Shown: piece after piece, positions 59,995-64,000 of the stretch
Layout of the letters: each line of letters starts with the position of its first letter
Position numbering within the stretch: the stretch's first letter is position 1
Assembly: GCA_965207885.1 (NCBI GenBank)
Contig: OZ242311.1
Location: 4,704,001 to 4,768,000 of the forward strand
Source: Candidatus Latescibacterota bacterium
GTDB taxonomy: Bacteria > Latescibacterota > UBA2968
DNA length: 64,000 bases
Direction: 5' to 3'
Position numbers and translations under genes: made by a program
Notes under the pieces: generated by a model
What the model was told of the DNA's origin: nothing
Database searches by the model: none
Seen by the model: the letters and a program-made list of their open reading frames with translations, nothing else

Positions 59995-60642
59995 ATGTCA
60001 ACGCTTACATCGACGTTTGCGACCGCGTTTCCAGGCCAGGTTGCCAATTTGATTACTGCGGGCCGGGTGGTTCTGCTGTTTCTGGCTACGGCTTTTGCTG
60101 TGTCTGGAGATGCGATGCTGGCCTGGGTTGCGGTGCCGCTCGCTTTTGTCGCGCTGGTGATGGATTGGCTGGATGGGTATCTCGCGCGGCGATTGGGTTG
60201 CGAGAGCAAGGTCGGGGGGGTGCTGGATATTGTGGGGGATCGGATTGCGGAGAATGTGTGGTGGGTGGTGTTTGCGTGGTTGCATGTCATTCCGCTGTGG
60301 GTGCCGATTGTGGTGCTCAGCAGGGGGTTTGTGACGGATGCGATTCGCAGTTGTGCCCTGACCAGGGGTTTTACGGCGTTTGGCGAGTCAACGATGATGA
60401 AGTCGCGGCTGGGGTTCGCGCTGGTTGCCTCGCGCGTGAGTCGGGCGACGTACGGGACTGCTAAGGTGGTCGCGTTTGTGCTGTTGTTCAGCCTGAATGC
60501 GGCGCAGCAGATGTCGGGTTTGACGCCCGCATTTTTATCGGGTCTTGAGATGGTTGCTGTGGCGGCGACGTATCTGACGGTCGCGCTTTGTGTTATTCGG
60601 GCGATTCCAGTGGTTACGGCTGCGAAACGGGTCGTTGTGTAA
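59995..60642 (+). CDS. CDP-alcohol phosphatidyltransferase
   Basis: AN.IT.GR, DWLDGYLAR......GG.LD...D; AAGGAGG RBS. Confidence 0.9.
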   Translation: MSTLTSTFATAFPGQVANLITAGRVVLLFLATAFAVSGDAMLAWVAVPLAFVALVMDWLDGYLARRLGCESKVGGVLDIVGDRIAENVWWVVFAWLHVIPLWVPIVVLSRGFVTDAIRSCALTRGFTAFGESTMMKSRLGFALVASRVSRATYGTAKVVAFVLLFSLNAAQQMSGLTPAFLSGLEMVAVAATYLTVALCVIRAIPVVTAAKRVVV

Positions 60643-60667
60643 GGTAGCGATTTTTCAGGAGAATGAG

Positions 60668-61678
60668 ATGAAACGGGAAACGCATATTTTGCTCTGTTTG
60701 ATAGGGTTTGCCGGCCTTGGCGTGCTTTTGTACCAGCTCAGTACCCCAGAGGTGTGGCAGCATGTTTTGATGATGGGCTGGGGCTATGTGCCGGTGATCG
60801 TCCTGTCGCTGGTGGTATTTGTTCATCATGCGTGGATATGGCGGGCCTGCTTTGATCGCAGGTCGGAAAGGCCGCGGTTGCGGCAGTTGCTGTGGGTGCA
60901 GTTGGCTGGCGAGGCAGTGGGCAATGTGGCGCCGGCTTCTCAGGTTGGCAAGGAGGTCGGTAAGGCGATTGTGCTGAGAGATAAGATGTGTGTTTCCCGC
61001 GGGGTGTCGTCGCTGGTGGTCAATAAGACGGGTGAGATGATTGGTGGGGTGATTTTTGTGATCGGTGGTGTTGTGATAGGTTTGCAGCGGTTTTCGTGGC
61101 CGGCTGAGGTGCGAGGCGCTCTTATCGCTGTTCTGGCGCTGTCTGTTCTGGGGGTTGTTTGGACGGTTTTCAGGCAGCGCCGAAGTCCCTTTGCGCGGTT
61201 TTTGAATTTGATGCTGTGGTTGCGGCTCAGGTTTTTGGAGCGGTTCCGCGATCACGCAGTGGAGATTGACGAGAATTTGGCGCAGTTTTATCGGTTGAAT
61301 AGGTGGCGTTTGGTGGGGTTGTTGGGCTTACATCTGTTGGGCTGGAGCATGGGGACGCTGGAGATTTATGTGATTCTTTATGTGCTCGGCGAACCGATGC
61401 CGTTTGTTTGGGTATATCTGTTCCACGCGCTGATGGTCGTGATTAATGCGGCGTTCTTTTTTGTTCCGCTGGGGATGGGCGTTTTTGAAGGCGGGCATGT
61501 GTTTCTGTTTCATTTGATGGGTTTGGATCCAAAGATGGGTTTGGCTGTGGGCATTATTCGGCGGGTTCGGAGGCTTTTCTGGATGCAGGTGGGTCTGGCT
61601 CTGCTTCTGATCGGACCGCGGGGCAAGCAGGCTGATGCAGCGCCGAAAAATGATAGCCTTCAGCAGGTGGAGATGTAG
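60668..61678 (+). CDS. lysylphosphatidylglycerol synthase-TM / flippase-like membrane protein
   Basis: Polytopic; P.SQVG.E..K, FVPLG.G..EG, G...R.R. Confidence 0.8.
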   Translation: MKRETHILLCLIGFAGLGVLLYQLSTPEVWQHVLMMGWGYVPVIVLSLVVFVHHAWIWRACFDRRSERPRLRQLLWVQLAGEAVGNVAPASQVGKEVGKAIVLRDKMCVSRGVSSLVVNKTGEMIGGVIFVIGGVVIGLQRFSWPAEVRGALIAVLALSVLGVVWTVFRQRRSPFARFLNLMLWLRLRFLERFRDHAVEIDENLAQFYRLNRWRLVGLLGLHLLGWSMGTLEIYVILYVLGEPMPFVWVYLFHALMVVINAAFFFVPLGMGVFEGGHVFLFHLMGLDPKMGLAVGIIRRVRRLFWMQVGLALLLIGPRGKQADAAPKNDSLQQVEM

Positions 61679-61731
61679 TGCATCATGCATGACAGACGTT
61701 TGTCAACAAATAGCTAAAAAAGGAGAAAATA

Positions 61732-62259
61732 ATGACACGCTCAATTTCTTACCTGATCTGTGTTTTTTCGATTGTGACCTTCAGTTTCTCAGCTCAGGCG
61801 AAAAAGACTGATCTTACCAAAAGTTATGGTATTGGACTCCAGGGGGCGACACCCACATTTGGTGGGATTAGTTTTCGCTATAACGGACTGGCACCGGTAT
61901 ATCTTCAAACCGTTGGTCGTTTTATTCTCAATGGTCAATATAGCGACCATATGTTGGGCGCTGGCGTTTCGTATGCCATATTCGAGCATCAAAGCCGGTG
62001 GAACGTTGCCCGACTTCATTTCACTCTCGAAGGCGGCTGGCAAGAAAAAAAAGAGGAGGATCTCCGGCAGGAGACTGTCAAAACCACGACGCTGGGAACT
62101 GGACTCGCTTTTGGAGGCGAGATTGTGTTTTCACTGGGGGGTATTCCTCTCGGTTTGAACGTGGAAATTGGTCAGGGGTTTGGTAGGGAAAAAATCGGCT
62201 CTCAATCTAAGGGTCTCGCTGGCGTTTATGCAGGCGGGGGTGTCCATGCCTATTTTTAG
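61732..62259 (+). CDS. small outer-membrane beta-barrel-like protein
   Basis: Signal peptide, alternating Gly/hydrophobic strands, C-terminal HAYF; AAGGAG RBS. Confidence 0.7.
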   Translation: MTRSISYLICVFSIVTFSFSAQAKKTDLTKSYGIGLQGATPTFGGISFRYNGLAPVYLQTVGRFILNGQYSDHMLGAGVSYAIFEHQSRWNVARLHFTLEGGWQEKKEEDLRQETVKTTTLGTGLAFGGEIVFSLGGIPLGLNVEIGQGFGREKIGSQSKGLAGVYAGGGVHAYF

Positions 62260-62564
62260 CTATGGCAAAATTGCGGCCTGAGGTTGTCCAAATTATTGAA
62301 AATAAAAATATTTGAAAAACCGCGGGAATGATATATTTTATTTTTGTCAACAGTCAAGCAGGTGCCGTTATGTCGGGTATCTGCTGAATACAATAGCCGA
62401 TTTATAGACATGGACTGATCCCCCATGTCTCGGTAAATAGGCAGGACATTCCCGCATTTCTATTCCTGCGTGACTGTTGACAATGCCCGACACCCCTTTT
62501 TTGGGGTGTCGAAACACGCAGTTGTCAACTCGTCACACTGCGCCTTGCGTAGAGGAGGAACGAA

Positions 62565-64000
62565 ATGCGTTTTTTTTGTACGGTACAAAAGCTGATTTTG
62601 ATTTCTGCACTCCTGTCCATCCCACTTCTGATTTACCCCTCATCTCTGACCCTGCGGGCCAACGCCGCGTCACAGCCGCCCCTGAAATCTGACTTTGATG
62701 CAGATGGTAGCGTTGGTTTTTCCGACTTTTTGCTATTTGTAGAATTGTTTGAGACCAGTCGAGACGATGAGCAGTATCAAGCCAGGTACGATCTGGACGG
62801 TGATGGTGTCATTGGCTTTGGCGATTTTCTGATCTTTGTCACCGACTTTGGCAAAGTAACGTCACCTCGTCCTTATTATCAGACGATGAATCTACCCGAT
62901 GGCGCAATCGCCCGTCTGGGAAAAGGACGTGTTTCTATTTTTCAAGTCGCGTTCTCGCCCAATGGAGAACAATTAGCTGTGGCAAGTGGTATTCGCATTT
63001 GGCTTTACGATGTGGCAACCGCCTGTGAAGTCGCGCTACTCACGGGACATACGAATTGGGTCGATGCTGTGGCATTCTCGCCTGATGGGGCTACACTCGC
63101 TTCGGGGGGATGGGACCGCACAGTCAGACTGTGGGATGTCAACACAGGACGACTAACTGCCACGCTCGAACATAACTTTCAGGTATATACTGTGGCATTC
63201 TCACCTGATGGGGATACGATCGCTTCGGCGGGATACGACCCGGTTACGCTATGGGATGTCAAAACAGGACAGATGATCGCCACGCTTGAAGGTCATACGG
63301 AGGTGATCCTCTCGGTCGCATTCTCACCTGATGGGGATATGATCGCTTCGGGAGGTCACGACGACACAGTCAAGCTATGGGATGCCAAAACAGGACACCT
63401 CATCACTACAATTGAAGGACATTGGGATGATGTTACTTCTGTTGCGTTTTCACCTGATGGCACGATACTCGCCTCGGCGTCACGAGATGGCAAGGTCAGA
63501 CTGTGGGATGCCAAAACAGGACGACTGATATCTCCGATCAGAGCACATCATTCCTGGGCCCTCTCGGTCGCATTCTCACCTGATGGTACGACATTCGCTT
63601 CTGGAGGATACGACAACACAGTCAAACTGTGGGATGCCAAAACAGGACACTTGATTTCTACACTCGAAGGACATACGGATGGCGTCTTCTTTGTCGCATT
63701 CTCACCCGATGGCACTACGATCGCTTCGGAGGCAGATGATGGCACAGTCAGACTGTGGGATACCGAAACGGGACACCTGAACGCTACTCTTAAAGGACAT
63801 ACGGATGGCGTCTTCTCAGTCGCATTCTCACCTGATGGTGGCACTATCGTTTCAGGAGCAGGGGCATCTAATGACATAGCCAGTCTTTGGGATGCTGAAA
63901 CAGGACACCTGAACGCTACTCTTGAAGGACATACGTCTTGGATCTCTTCTGTGGCGTTCTCACCTGACGGGACCGCGATCGCTTCGGGGTCACAAGATTA
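62565..64000 (+). CDS. secreted dockerin/EF-hand-like + WD40 repeat protein (runs off the window; absent from the ORF track)
   Basis: GAGGAGG RBS; signal peptide; DFDADGSVGFSDFL..DLDGDGVIGFGDFL; LPDGAIARLGKG; repeated GH..V..VAFSPDG..ASG..D..V.LWD. Confidence 0.92.
   Translation, partial: MRFFCTVQKLILISALLSIPLLIYPSSLTLRANAASQPPLKSDFDADGSVGFSDFLLFVELFETSRDDEQYQARYDLDGDGVIGFGDFLIFVTDFGKVTSPRPYYQTMNLPDGAIARLGKGRVSIFQVAFSPNGEQLAVASGIRIWLYDVATACEVALLTGHTNWVDAVAFSPDGATLASGGWDRTVRLWDVNTGRLTATLEHNFQVYTVAFSPDGDTIASAGYDPVTLWDVKTGQMIATLEGHTEVILSVAFSPDGDMIASGGHDDTVKLWDAKTGHLITTIEGHWDDVTSVAFSPDGTILASASRDGKVRLWDAKTGRLISPIRAHHSWALSVAFSPDGTTFASGGYDNTVKLWDAKTGHLISTLEGHTDGVFFVAFSPDGTTIASEADDGTVRLWDTETGHLNATLKGHTDGVFSVAFSPDGGTIVSGAGASNDIASLWDAETGHLNATLEGHTSWISSVAFSPDGTAIASGSQD

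Noticed and set aside
62383-62390. GCTGAATA resembling the start of a c-di-AMP (ydaO) riboswitch
   Set aside because: The other conserved ydaO elements are not recognisable.
63548-63877. 109-aa minus-strand repeat ORF
   Set aside because: Antisense shadow of the WD40 repeats.

Overview
Bacterial chromosomal window with about 45 CDS and no rRNA, tRNA or CRISPR array seen. Sulfatases, a PhyH-type dioxygenase, a serpin and a dockerin/EF-hand + WD40 protein suggest a Latescibacterota/Gemmatimonadota/Poribacteria-like, probably sponge-associated organism (inference). The left third is mostly housekeeping (trxA, holA, RND pump, tilS-ftsH-folP). An AT-richer defence island at ~21-28 kb holds a Ser/Thr kinase, a TIR + membrane-protein pair, an R-M/S restriction system and a HEPN protein, bracketed by REP-like palindromes. 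A catabolic block follows (sulfatases, heparinase II/III, beta-helix protein, oxidoreductases), then two membrane-anchored CutA-like proteins, an alpha-2-macroglobulin gene broken by an IS4 element plus a frameshift, pbpC, and a sigma54 two-component circuit with a visible promoter. Top leads: (1) a textbook-like -1 frameshift signal (SD-like + T_TTT_TTC + 6 nt + GC stem-loop) joining the R-M gene to an S gene with no good start, predicting both RM and RM-S from one locus; (2) a PhyH-family enzyme with HxG instead of HxD, the halogenase signature; (3) the kinase-TIR-TM/HEPN defence module; (4) tandem transmembrane CutA proteins.
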